DNA of 54,500 nucleotides from an uncultured Chloroflexota bacterium (GTDB lineage Bacteria; Chloroflexota; Dehalococcoidia; UBA2979): NCBI GenBank assembly GCA_903917615.1, contig CAIXBH010000093.1, positions 1 to 54,500 of the forward strand, read 5' to 3'. Shown piece by piece: positions 1 to 8,348 of this stretch (position 1 is its first letter; each line of letters starts with the position of its first letter). The notes under the pieces were generated by a model. It saw only the letters and a program-made list of their open reading frames with translations, ran no database searches and was not told where the DNA came from. The position numbers and the translations under genes were made by a program.

Positions 1-1
1 A

Positions 2-880
2 CCAGCGCCTCCAGCCGCGCCACCGCCGGTCGCCAGCACGCCACCACCGGCTGCTCCGCCACCGGCTTCCACAGCGCCACCAGCGGCTTCGACGCCGCCG
101 GCCGCACCGCCTGCGGCAACCACGCCGCCGACCGCTCCGACCGCGCCGGCGCCAGCCGCTTCCGCTGCGCCTCCGGCCGCGCCCACATCGCCGCCAGTAA
201 CGGCCACTCCCGCCCCCGCGGCTCCCCCGACCGCGGCACCGACTCCCCCGGGGCCAGCGGCCACGTCCGCCACGCGGACGGCTGCCGAGCCCGTTCGAGC
301 CGTCACCGCGCGAGGAGGCAACAGCCTCATGCGCACGGTGATGCAGGGGATCGTCGGCATCACGGTCGGCGCTGTCCTTGCGGGGGCGGGAGCGGCCTTC
401 CTCGGCGCCCCGACGCCGTGCGCGGATCGCAAGGTCGCTCCGACGCCGGCGGCGGCCGCGCAGTTGAAGAGCAACTGGAACGCGTTCCTCCAGCAGGCAG
501 CGCGCGGCCCCGCGGCGATGGCGGTGACAGAGGACCAGGCGACGTCCCAGGCGGCGGACTGGCTGCAGCAGCGGGGCGCACCGCTGACGGACGTACGTAT
601 CTACTTCTGCTCGGACGGCCATGCAGACGCCGCCGCAACGCTGACCTCGTTCGGTGCACCCGTGCACATCGTCGCGGGAGGCACCCTCGACGTCTCCGGC
701 GGCCAGCCCACCGTGCGCATCACCTCGGTACGGATGGGCAGCCTGCCGGGCGTCATCGGTGCCGCGGCCGCGAACTCGGCGATCACCGCCGCAACGGGCG
801 GGACGCTGCCGCTCAAGGGACTCACCGATGTCCGTTTCACGGACGGTCGAGCCACGCTGACCGGCGGGCCCGCGAAGTAG
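2..880 (+). CDS. 5'-truncated membrane protein: Pro/Ala/Thr-rich low-complexity linker, one TM helix, ~150-aa C-terminal domain (alternative: independent start at ATG 329)
   Basis: Frame 2 is open from the window edge into the 329..880 ORF. Nt 2-300 encode almost only P/A/T/S (xCx codons), which also explains the near-uniform C at position 3 of the overlapping frame 1. The hydrophobic stretch IVGITVGAVLAGAGAAFLG follows. AGGAGG lies ~10 nt upstream of ATG 329, so an internal start cannot be excluded. Confidence 0.5.
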   Translation, partial: PAPPAAPPPVASTPPPAAPPPASTAPPAASTPPAAPPAATTPPTAPTAPAPAASAAPPAAPTSPPVTATPAPAAPPTAAPTPPGPAATSATRTAAEPVRAVTARGGNSLMRTVMQGIVGITVGAVLAGAGAAFLGAPTPCADRKVAPTPAAAAQLKSNWNAFLQQAARGPAAMAVTEDQATSQAADWLQQRGAPLTDVRIYFCSDGHADAAATLTSFGAPVHIVAGGTLDVSGGQPTVRITSVRMGSLPGVIGAAAANSAITAATGGTLPLKGLTDVRFTDGRATLTGGPAK

Positions 881-1032
881 TCGCGGCGCCGTTCGCGCAG
901 CGGCAGCGCGCAGCGCGATCAGGGACGAACGTCCGCGCGCGACGCGGCCGATCGTCCATGTCCGTCGCATCAGGGCTGTGAGAGGTTGCAGCCGCGCTCG
1001 ATCAGCGATGCGCAATGCAAGGGAGCCGACGC

Positions 1033-3663
1033 ATGACCGCTTCGCCCACGCAGCGTTGCAGCAAGTGCGGATCCGCCATTCCGGGCGGCGCGACCTTCTG
1101 CACACACTGTGGCACGCGTCTCGTCGCAGGCACGCAGTCGGCATCGATGGCGCCCGCGCGCGCGAATCCGAACGCGAACGGCGTCGCGATGCTCAACAAC
1201 GTCGTCCGCCTGCTCCCGGGCGGTATGCAGGCACCGAAGCGCTTCCTGCCGCTCCTCGCGCGCGTGCTGGGTGTGTTCTTCGGGTGGTTCGCGGGCCCGC
1301 TGGTTGGATTCGTCCTCGGCATCGTCGGGCCGGCCGCGATCTCCTACTTCCTGCTCGGGCGACGGTCATTCCTCCCGAAGCCGAATGCGCTGCCGCGCTA
1401 CGTGTCGAAGATGGCCACCGTCGCGGGCTACACGCTGGTGATGATGCTCTTCATGGCGCCCGTCGCGTCCGCCTGGCCATTCCTGATGCTGCCGGACATC
1501 CACAACCCAGACACGTTCATGAAGTACCTCAGCATTGTGGCGATCCGGCCGGGCAACCTGCTCATGGCCTCGCCGAAGTTCTCGCCCGCCTGGTCACCGT
1601 TCCCGGGACTGCCGCTGCTCGTCCTCCCGGCATTGCTGCTGCTGGTCGTCGGTGGGCTCTTCCGCCAGTTCGGCACGGTGCAGCGACGCATCGCGATGCA
1701 GGCAGTTGGGCTCGCGATCCTCGGGATCGCCCCCACGATCACCGCGACACTCGTCGGCGTCCGCACGCCCGTGCCGTTCGTCTACAGCTCGGTCTACTAC
1801 CTCGCCTGGGTCGGCGTCGGCCTGCAGGCGGGCGCCGACTACCTGCCGCGGCTCCTGCCCCCGAGCGCGGGCGGAACCGGGCCGCAGGTACGATCGTTCG
1901 CGATCGTGCCCCTGCTGCCGATCCTCTCGCTGCCCCTCATCCTCTCCGGCCTGCACATCGACGTGATGCACATTGAGGTGTGGCGGACGTTCCTGAGCGT
2001 CGACCTCGCCCATCTCCGCGACCTCCTCACGACGCTCGCGCCGGGCGACTTCGAGTCCGAGCACCACCTCGCGGCAGGCGCCTTCTCAGCCGGCTTCTCG
2101 GGCGTCCTCGCTGGCGACGTGACCTCGGACGTCGAGGACGACGGCGACGAGCCCGAGGAGGAAGCGCCGCCGCCGGCGCCGCCCATCCTCGAACTGACGT
2201 ACCCGGTCGGGCGCAGCCCCAAGGTGTTCGTGAACGGCTGGGTCTTCGGGGCGCGGTGCATCCTCCGGCCGGGCACCGACCAGGAACTCGACGTCTCGGA
2301 CCAGGTGCAATGGAGCGGCACAGGAACCTTCTACCCGCAGATGGGGGAGCGCGCTCGTCCGACATTCCAGGCTGCCGGTGCGAACACGATCACCCTCACC
2401 TACGAGGAGGCGGAGCGGAAGATCGTCCGCAACTTCGATGTCGAGGCGGTGGCGACCACGGGCTACGTGTACGTGGGCTGCAAGTCACAGGTGCCGGCGG
2501 ACGTGCACGGCTGCCCCGCTTGTCCGCACGATTGCGTCGGCCCGCTCACCAGCGGGAGCCCACTCGTCCAGATCAACGGCGAGCCGGCTGGGCGCGTCGG
2601 CGATACAGGCACGCACGCCTCGTGCTGCGGGCCGAACACGTGGACGGTGCGGACCGGCGACCCTGAGGTCGTGATCGACGGCCGCCACGCCGCCTATGCA
2701 GACTCGGAGATCGAGCACTGCGGCGGCGACGGCTACATGCTCGAGTGGGACGGCGGCAGCCGCGACGCGGTGAAGGCCGAAGCGCCCACGCCACCGCTCG
2801 ACAGCGGCCTGCGCGATCCAGACTCGGGCGAAATGGTCGCGGCGTGGGAGCCGGGCAAGTATGAGGGCGGGAAGACGGGCGACGTCTGGTACGACGGTCG
2901 CTGGCAGCCCGCAGCCGAGGCGCAGGCGCAGATCCAGTCCACCCTCGACCGAAAGGCCGAGCAGGACGCGAAGAACCAGAGCGACCTCGACGCCTTCCGC
3001 GCGCGCAACAAGGAGCTCGATCAGGAATCGCACGCGAAGCAGCAGCAGACTGACGCGGACGCTCGCGCCGCGAGAGATGCGCGCGACAACGCCGTCGGTG
3101 TGGCCAGGGCCGAAGCCAAGATCGCGGTGCAGAAGACGATCCAGTCCGGGATGGATCGCAATGCCGCTCAGGCAGAGCACTTCAAGCAGTCGGCGAACAC
3201 GGCGGACCTGGGTGCCACGGTCAGCGAGACCATCGTGAAAACCGCCGACACGAGCATCGGCATCCTCTCCAACCTCACCGGTGAGCCCGGCGAGTTGATC
3301 AATGACACCTACTCGGCGACGAAAACGTTCGCGGGGAAGTTCGCGGAGGGCCTGACGGAAAAGGGCCTGTCGCTGCAGGGCATCAAGGATTCCGCGAAGG
3401 ATGCAGCGAAGGAAACCGTCGCCGGGATCATCGTCGACAAGATCTCCGGGAAGCTCACAGACAAGATCATCAAGACCACTGGTCTGCCGCTATCCACAAA
3501 GGACGTCGGCGACGCGAGCGTGACGATGAAGACCTTCTTCAAGGGCATCAAACCGCGCACATGGACTGCGAACGCGCCGATGAAGTGGGCGCTGGGCGAG
3601 CGCGTGAAGAAGCCGATCGACCTCGGGTTCCAGCAGATGGGATGGAAGGCCAAGGATGAATAG
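1033..3663 (+). CDS. Zinc-ribbon polytopic membrane protein with Ig-like and PAAR-like modules, coiled coil and Lys-rich C-terminal module (876 aa from ATG 1033; ORF opens at ATG 1015)
   Basis: N-terminal CSKCG-x8-FCTHCG zinc ribbon, then several hydrophobic helices (about aa 76-315 of the 882-aa ORF) and an acidic/Pro linker. An Ig-like segment follows (VQWSGTGTF...TITLTY). Next is HGCPACPHDCVGPLTSGSPLVQINGEPAGRVGDTGTHASCCGPNTWTVRTGDPEVVIDG...EHCGGDG, resembling the PAAR repeat pattern. A Q/A/D/K/R-rich helical region and a K-rich tail end the protein. GGGAG lies 7 nt upstream of ATG 1033. Confidence 0.75.
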   Translation: MTASPTQRCSKCGSAIPGGATFCTHCGTRLVAGTQSASMAPARANPNANGVAMLNNVVRLLPGGMQAPKRFLPLLARVLGVFFGWFAGPLVGFVLGIVGPAAISYFLLGRRSFLPKPNALPRYVSKMATVAGYTLVMMLFMAPVASAWPFLMLPDIHNPDTFMKYLSIVAIRPGNLLMASPKFSPAWSPFPGLPLLVLPALLLLVVGGLFRQFGTVQRRIAMQAVGLAILGIAPTITATLVGVRTPVPFVYSSVYYLAWVGVGLQAGADYLPRLLPPSAGGTGPQVRSFAIVPLLPILSLPLILSGLHIDVMHIEVWRTFLSVDLAHLRDLLTTLAPGDFESEHHLAAGAFSAGFSGVLAGDVTSDVEDDGDEPEEEAPPPAPPILELTYPVGRSPKVFVNGWVFGARCILRPGTDQELDVSDQVQWSGTGTFYPQMGERARPTFQAAGANTITLTYEEAERKIVRNFDVEAVATTGYVYVGCKSQVPADVHGCPACPHDCVGPLTSGSPLVQINGEPAGRVGDTGTHASCCGPNTWTVRTGDPEVVIDGRHAAYADSEIEHCGGDGYMLEWDGGSRDAVKAEAPTPPLDSGLRDPDSGEMVAAWEPGKYEGGKTGDVWYDGRWQPAAEAQAQIQSTLDRKAEQDAKNQSDLDAFRARNKELDQESHAKQQQTDADARAARDARDNAVGVARAEAKIAVQKTIQSGMDRNAAQAEHFKQSANTADLGATVSETIVKTADTSIGILSNLTGEPGELINDTYSATKTFAGKFAEGLTEKGLSLQGIKDSAKDAAKETVAGIIVDKISGKLTDKIIKTTGLPLSTKDVGDASVTMKTFFKGIKPRTWTANAPMKWALGERVKKPIDLGFQQMGWKAKDE

Positions 3664-4672
3664 CGTCGACTGCCTGCTTTCGCCGGCCGAGCTGATCCAC
3701 GCGGGCCAGCTCCTGGGAGTGAACCCGAGTGCGGTGTCGCCGCTGGGCGGCGCGGTCGCGGGTGCAGTGGATGCAACGCGCCTCGTTGCCGCCGGCCTGG
3801 TCGCGGACGGCGGCCTGACCGCCGACGCGCGCGCCGCGCTCGGAGTGCTCGCGCGGGCGAGCGCATACGCGAGCCTGATCCTCAGTGGCGACGGCACCTA
3901 CGAGGAGGTCGTCTATCTCGACGGCGCGGCGCGCGTGTCGCTCCGCGAGGAGGGCGGTCAGGTCCGCCTGATTGCCCCGGCGACCGACGCAACCGCCCTG
4001 CTGAGCGCGGCCTTCGGCGAGGACACGGCAAACTCAGTCGAGTTCGACAGCACGTTCACCGCGACTGAGGCCGCGGTAGTCCTCGCGCTCGTCGACTTAC
4101 AGCGCCGGCGCGAGCTGCAGGGCGTGCTCGATGAGCGTGAACCGGGGCTCGCCGCGATCGCCATCGCCGATCTCTACGCATGGCTCAGCCGCACCGCGAC
4201 GACCGCGCAGTGGCTCGCGGACCTGCTCCGAGACACGCTCGGCCTGCACCCCGACCGGACGGCCATCGACGCGGCCATCGCGTCGCTCGCCGCGGAAGGC
4301 GCCGTGACGCAGTCCTCCGCGGGCCTCGCGCCAAGCGCGCTCATCGGCGGGCTCGCGAATCGACTGCTGATCGTCGCCACGCTTGCACGGGTGCGCGCCG
4401 GACGCGCGGTCGGAGACTCGGTCAGCGCGGTCGACATCCGCATCGCTCAGGGCCAGGGCGGCCGACACCTCCTGTGGGAGGCTGATGCCACCGGCCGCGT
4501 CCACCTCCAGCTGCTCGCCGGCGCCCAGGTCGCGGCGCTTCTCGAGCCGCTGTTCACGGATCCGGACGCGATCGACGTCGCTCCAGGCGGGCGGTCCTGT
4601 CCAGGCTGTGGTGCCGTGGCGGCCGCGGGCGCTCGCTTCTGCACCAGCTGCGGGCACACGCTCGCCGCCTGA
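3656..4672 (+). CDS. Hypothetical protein with C-terminal zinc ribbon, translationally coupled partner of the preceding gene (possible chaperone/immunity; weak EspG-like N-terminal pattern)
   Basis: ATG 3656 overlaps the upstream stop (3661-3663) by 8 nt. High GC3 coding signature. The C-terminus CPGCG-x8-FCTSCGH is the same zinc-ribbon type as the N-terminus of the upstream protein. Confidence 0.7.
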   Translation: MNSVDCLLSPAELIHAGQLLGVNPSAVSPLGGAVAGAVDATRLVAAGLVADGGLTADARAALGVLARASAYASLILSGDGTYEEVVYLDGAARVSLREEGGQVRLIAPATDATALLSAAFGEDTANSVEFDSTFTATEAAVVLALVDLQRRRELQGVLDEREPGLAAIAIADLYAWLSRTATTAQWLADLLRDTLGLHPDRTAIDAAIASLAAEGAVTQSSAGLAPSALIGGLANRLLIVATLARVRAGRAVGDSVSAVDIRIAQGQGGRHLLWEADATGRVHLQLLAGAQVAALLEPLFTDPDAIDVAPGGRSCPGCGAVAAAGARFCTSCGHTLAA

Positions 4673-4781
4673 CCGACCGACCGGCCCTGGAGGCCCGCCC
4701 CACCATCCCCGCTCGTGTATCCTCGTCCGGCCTCACACGGCACCGAGATCACGAGCATGCGGGACGAAGGGACGGTCACCT

Positions 4782-7022
4782 GTGGCCGACTACCGGACCA
4801 TTGGCACGGCGACGCCGCGCGTCGATGGCGTGGACAAGACGACCGGCCGCGCGGAGTACGCCGCCGACCACGCGCTGCCGGGCACCCTGTGGGGCAAGGT
4901 CCTCCACAGTTCCCGCCCCCACGCGCGGATCGTGAGCATCGACACCACCGAGGCGCGACGCCTCCCGGGCGTCCGCGCGGTGGTCACGAGCGCGGACGTG
5001 AACCCGAACCTGTACGGGCGCGCCATCAAGGACATGCCGGTCCTCGCGACCGGCGTCGTCCGTTATGTCGGCGAACGCATCGCGGCCGTGGCAGCGGACG
5101 ACGAGGCGACAGCGCAGCGCGCGATCGACCTGATCGAGGTCGAGTACGAGGACCTCCCGGCGGTCTTCGACTTCGAGGATGCGCTCGCGCCCGGTGCGCC
5201 CGTCATCCACCCCGCCTACGGCAGCTATCCCGGCAGCAAGGCGCCCGAGACACCCTCCAACGCGTACCACCGGACGGTCACCAACCGCGGCGACCTCGAG
5301 GCCGGGTTCGCCGCCGCCGACGAGATCTTCGAGCACGTCTACACCACGCAGCGGCAGCACCAGGCCTACCTCGAGCCGCACACCACCACGGTGGCGATCG
5401 AGGACGGCATTGTGAACGTGTGGACCAACAGCAAGGTCCCGTACTCCGTACGGGATGGGCTGGCGTTCACGGTCGGCATCTCGCCGGACGACGTGTTGGT
5501 GCACCACATCTATATCGGCGGCGACTTCGGCGGAAAGGGCACGCCGCTCAACCTGCCGATCTGCTACTACCTGGCGCGCGAGAGCGGGCACCCGGTGCGG
5601 ATGGTGTCCGACTACATCGAGGAGTTCCTCGCGGGGAACCCGCGGCACGCGACGATGATCCGCCTGCGCACCGGCGTGAAGCGCGACGGCACGCTCACCG
5701 CGCACCACGTGGAGTTCTTCGTGAACTGCGGCGCGTACGCGGCCTACAAGCCCGCCGGTGTGATCGGCGGGGCGAACCACGCCGCCGGGCCGTACCGCGT
5801 CCCGAACACGCGCGTGGAGGCAACGCAGGTCTACACGAACACCGTCCCGGGCGGGCACATGCGCACGCCGGGTGGCCCCCAGACCGTGTTCGCCCTCGAG
5901 AGCCACATCGACGAGATCGCGCGGGCGCTCAGCATCGACCCGTACGAGTTCCGCATGAAGAACCTCGTCGACGACAACGAGGAGAACGCCGCCGGCGAGC
6001 GCTTCGAGCGCGTGCGGGCGAAGGAGACCCTGCGCGCGGGCGCCGAGGCTGCGGGCTACGGGCAGCCGAAGCAGCCGTTCGTCGGCCGCGGCATGGCGCT
6101 CGGCGACCACGCGGCGGGCGGCGGCCACGGCAGCGCCACGGTCACGATGTCGCCGGACGGCAGCATCGTCGTCGGCACGCCGATCTTCGAGCAGGGCACG
6201 GGCACGTACACCACGCTGCTGCAGATCGTTGCCGAGGAGCTGGGCGTCGACCCCGAGCGCGTCCACCTCGACCCATGGGACACGGGCGTCGTCGAGAACG
6301 ACTCCGGCATCGGCGGCAGTCGCGGCACCCGCGTCGCCGCGACCGTCGCGCACGACGTGGCGCAGGACGCGCGGCGCGCGCTCCTCGCGATCGCGGCAGC
6401 CGAGGCGGGACGTCCAGTCGAGGAGTTCACCTTCGGCGACGACGGCGTCATCCGCCACGCCTCGAACGCGGTCGCGCCGCGCGCGTGGACGGACATGCTC
6501 GCCGCGAACGGCCAGACGGCCGTCGCCCACGCCGAGGCGGACCTCGCCGGGCGCTCGGAAGCAACGGGCTTCGCCGCGCAGTTCGCGGAGGTCGAGGTCG
6601 ACCCCGAGACCGGCGCGGTGAAGGTGCTGCAGTTCACCTCCGCCCATGACGTCGGCCTCGTGCTGAACCCGGTCGGACACCAGGGTCAGGTGAACGGCGG
6701 CATCGTGCAGGGGCTCGGCTTCGCGCTCATGGAGGAGCTGCGCGTGGAGGACGGGCGCGTGACGACGCTCTCCTTCGGCGACTACAAGATCCCCTCGATC
6801 CGTGACATCCCACCGCTCAAGACCATCCTCCTGCCATCCGAGGACGGCGCTGGCCCCTACCTGATCAAGGGCATCGGCGAGAACTCGAACACGCCGGTGG
6901 CGGCCGCCATCGCCAACGCCGTCGCGGACGCCCTTGGCGTGCGCGTCCGCAGCCTGCCGATCACCGCCGAGCGGGTGTACCGCGAACTGAAGTCCGGCGC
7001 TGCCGGCGCACAGAGGATCTAG
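4782..7022 (+). CDS. Xanthine dehydrogenase/aldehyde oxidase family molybdopterin-binding large subunit (CoxL-like, not a bona fide CO dehydrogenase)
   Basis: VADYRTIGTATPRVDGVDKTTGRAEYAADH N-terminus typical of the family, with a GGDFGGKG motif. GTG 4782 is in frame and preceded by GAAGGGA. The 4383-4781 part of the listed ORF overlaps the previous gene and is Arg/Pro-rich noise. Confidence 0.85.
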   Translation: MADYRTIGTATPRVDGVDKTTGRAEYAADHALPGTLWGKVLHSSRPHARIVSIDTTEARRLPGVRAVVTSADVNPNLYGRAIKDMPVLATGVVRYVGERIAAVAADDEATAQRAIDLIEVEYEDLPAVFDFEDALAPGAPVIHPAYGSYPGSKAPETPSNAYHRTVTNRGDLEAGFAAADEIFEHVYTTQRQHQAYLEPHTTTVAIEDGIVNVWTNSKVPYSVRDGLAFTVGISPDDVLVHHIYIGGDFGGKGTPLNLPICYYLARESGHPVRMVSDYIEEFLAGNPRHATMIRLRTGVKRDGTLTAHHVEFFVNCGAYAAYKPAGVIGGANHAAGPYRVPNTRVEATQVYTNTVPGGHMRTPGGPQTVFALESHIDEIARALSIDPYEFRMKNLVDDNEENAAGERFERVRAKETLRAGAEAAGYGQPKQPFVGRGMALGDHAAGGGHGSATVTMSPDGSIVVGTPIFEQGTGTYTTLLQIVAEELGVDPERVHLDPWDTGVVENDSGIGGSRGTRVAATVAHDVAQDARRALLAIAAAEAGRPVEEFTFGDDGVIRHASNAVAPRAWTDMLAANGQTAVAHAEADLAGRSEATGFAAQFAEVEVDPETGAVKVLQFTSAHDVGLVLNPVGHQGQVNGGIVQGLGFALMEELRVEDGRVTTLSFGDYKIPSIRDIPPLKTILLPSEDGAGPYLIKGIGENSNTPVAAAIANAVADALGVRVRSLPITAERVYRELKSGAAGAQRI

Positions 7023-7024
7023 CG

Positions 7025-7483
7025 ATGCAACTCAACATCAACGGACGCAGCATCGAGGTGGAGGCGACTGGCCTCCGGACCCTCGTCGACGTGCTGCGCT
7101 ACGACCTCGGCTTCACGGGGACGAAAGAAGCCTGCGGCGTCGGCGTGTGCGGCGCGTGCACGGTGATGCTGGACGGACGCATGGTCGCCTCGTGCATCAC
7201 GCTCGCCGCGCAGGCAGCGGGCGCGCAGATCGAGACGATCGAGGGCCTCGGCGACCGGGAGCTCCTCGACCCGCTGCAGGAGTCATTCATCCACAACGGC
7301 GGCTTCCAGTGCGGCATCTGCACGCCGGGACAACTGCTCGCGGCGAAGGCGCTGCTGGCCGAGAACGCCACGCCGACGGAGGACGCGATCAAGGATTGGA
7401 TGATGGGCAACCTGTGCCGCTGCACGGGCTACTACCAGATCGTCGAATCCATCGCGGCCGCTGCGAACGGGCAGGGTGCCTGA
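7025..7483 (+). CDS. (2Fe-2S)-binding small subunit of Mo-hydroxylase (CoxS-like)
   Basis: CGVGVCGACTV, GFQCGICTPG and CRCTGY cluster motifs. Starts 3 nt after the large-subunit stop. Confidence 0.9.
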   Translation: MQLNINGRSIEVEATGLRTLVDVLRYDLGFTGTKEACGVGVCGACTVMLDGRMVASCITLAAQAAGAQIETIEGLGDRELLDPLQESFIHNGGFQCGICTPGQLLAAKALLAENATPTEDAIKDWMMGNLCRCTGYYQIVESIAAAANGQGA

Positions 7484-8348
7484 GATGGCGGAACTCACCT
7501 TCCACTCCCCCACCACCCTGGCCGAGGCGTTCGACCTGATGAAGACGCACGGCGATGACGCGCGGCTGATCGCGGGCGGCACCGCGCTGGTCGTCATGAT
7601 GAAGCAGTCCCTGGTCGTCGCCGAGCACCTCGTGAGCCTGCGTGCGATCCCCGGTCTCGACGGCGTCACGCTCAAGGGCGACGCGCTGCACATCGGCGCG
7701 CTCACTCGGCATCGCGATGTGGAGACCTCGCCGGTCGTCCGCGAGCACCTGCCGTTCCTCGCGGACGTCTACGGGCGTGTCGCGACCGTGCGCATCCGCA
7801 ACTCCGCGACGGTGGGTGGCGGCCTCGCGCACGCCGACCCATCGCAGGATCCCCCGGCCGCGCTCATGGTGCTCGACGCACGGGTGCGCATCACGTCGCC
7901 GCGAGGCGACCGCGAGGTCGCCGTCGCTGACCTCTTCCGCGACTACTACGAGACGGTGCTGCGCCCGGACGAGCTGATCGCCGAGCTCATCGTCCCCATC
8001 CCCGCCTCGACGGCGCGAACGACCTACCTGAAGTTCCTGCCGCGGACCGAGGACGACTACGCCACCGTGGCAGTCGCGGCGCTCGCGGAGGTCGACGGCG
8101 GCGTTTGCCGCCGCCTGCGCGTGGCCCTCATCGCGGCGGGCCCGACGCCAGTGCACGCGGAGGCCGTGGAGCAGGCGCTCGAAGGGAAGCCCGTGAGCGC
8201 CGAGGCGATCCGCGCCGCTGCGGCCCTCGTGGCCGACGCGGTCGACCCGATGGACGACTTCCGCGGGACCGCGGACTACAAGCGTGACATGGCCGTGGTC
8301 TTCACGCGCCGCGCGCTCGAGCAGGTGCTGGGACAGGCAGGATCGTGA
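7476..8348 (+). CDS. FAD-binding medium subunit of Mo-hydroxylase (CoxM-like)
   Basis: LIAGGTALVVMMK and ATVGGGLAHADP motifs typical of FAD_binding_5/CO_deh_flav_C. Overlaps the neighbouring genes at both ends. Confidence 0.85.
   Translation: MPEMAELTFHSPTTLAEAFDLMKTHGDDARLIAGGTALVVMMKQSLVVAEHLVSLRAIPGLDGVTLKGDALHIGALTRHRDVETSPVVREHLPFLADVYGRVATVRIRNSATVGGGLAHADPSQDPPAALMVLDARVRITSPRGDREVAVADLFRDYYETVLRPDELIAELIVPIPASTARTTYLKFLPRTEDDYATVAVAALAEVDGGVCRRLRVALIAAGPTPVHAEAVEQALEGKPVSAEAIRAAAALVADAVDPMDDFRGTADYKRDMAVVFTRRALEQVLGQAGS

Noticed and set aside
1-981. Frame-1 ORF open across 1-981, with almost every codon ending in C over the first 300 nt.
   Set aside because: The uniform position-3 C is a by-product of xCx (Pro/Ala/Thr/Ser) codons in frame 2. 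The frame-1 peptide has no features and overlaps the well-formed 329..880 coding region.
2476-2748. Taking the PAAR-like module as evidence for a type VI secretion system.
   Set aside because: No VgrG, Hcp, TssB/C or other T6SS gene is in the window. The host looks like a GC-rich monoderm-type lineage in which T6SS is not expected. The module is reported only as a fold-level resemblance that needs profile confirmation.
4383-4781. 5' extensions of listed ORFs that would enlarge real genes: 4383-4781 on the Mo-hydroxylase, 14164-15132 on the CaiB fusion, 28418-29317 on the permease, 47413-48627 on the GMC gene, and 10383-10601 on the DUF35 gene.
   Set aside because: The extensions overlap neighbouring genes in other frames and translate to low-complexity Arg/Pro sequence. 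Internal starts with good RBS and family-typical N-termini exist.
4715-6680. Long overlapping ORFs on both strands (for example 4715..6649 +, 4776..6680 -). Similar ones occur elsewhere: 8276..9910 -, 29265..31496 +, 31304..33172 -, 36538..38091 +, 37103..38089 -, 40407..41816 +, 41524..42528 -.
   Set aside because: Their translations are Arg/Pro/Gly/His-rich with no motifs, and they lie entirely inside well-supported genes. These are typical shadow frames of very GC-rich coding DNA.
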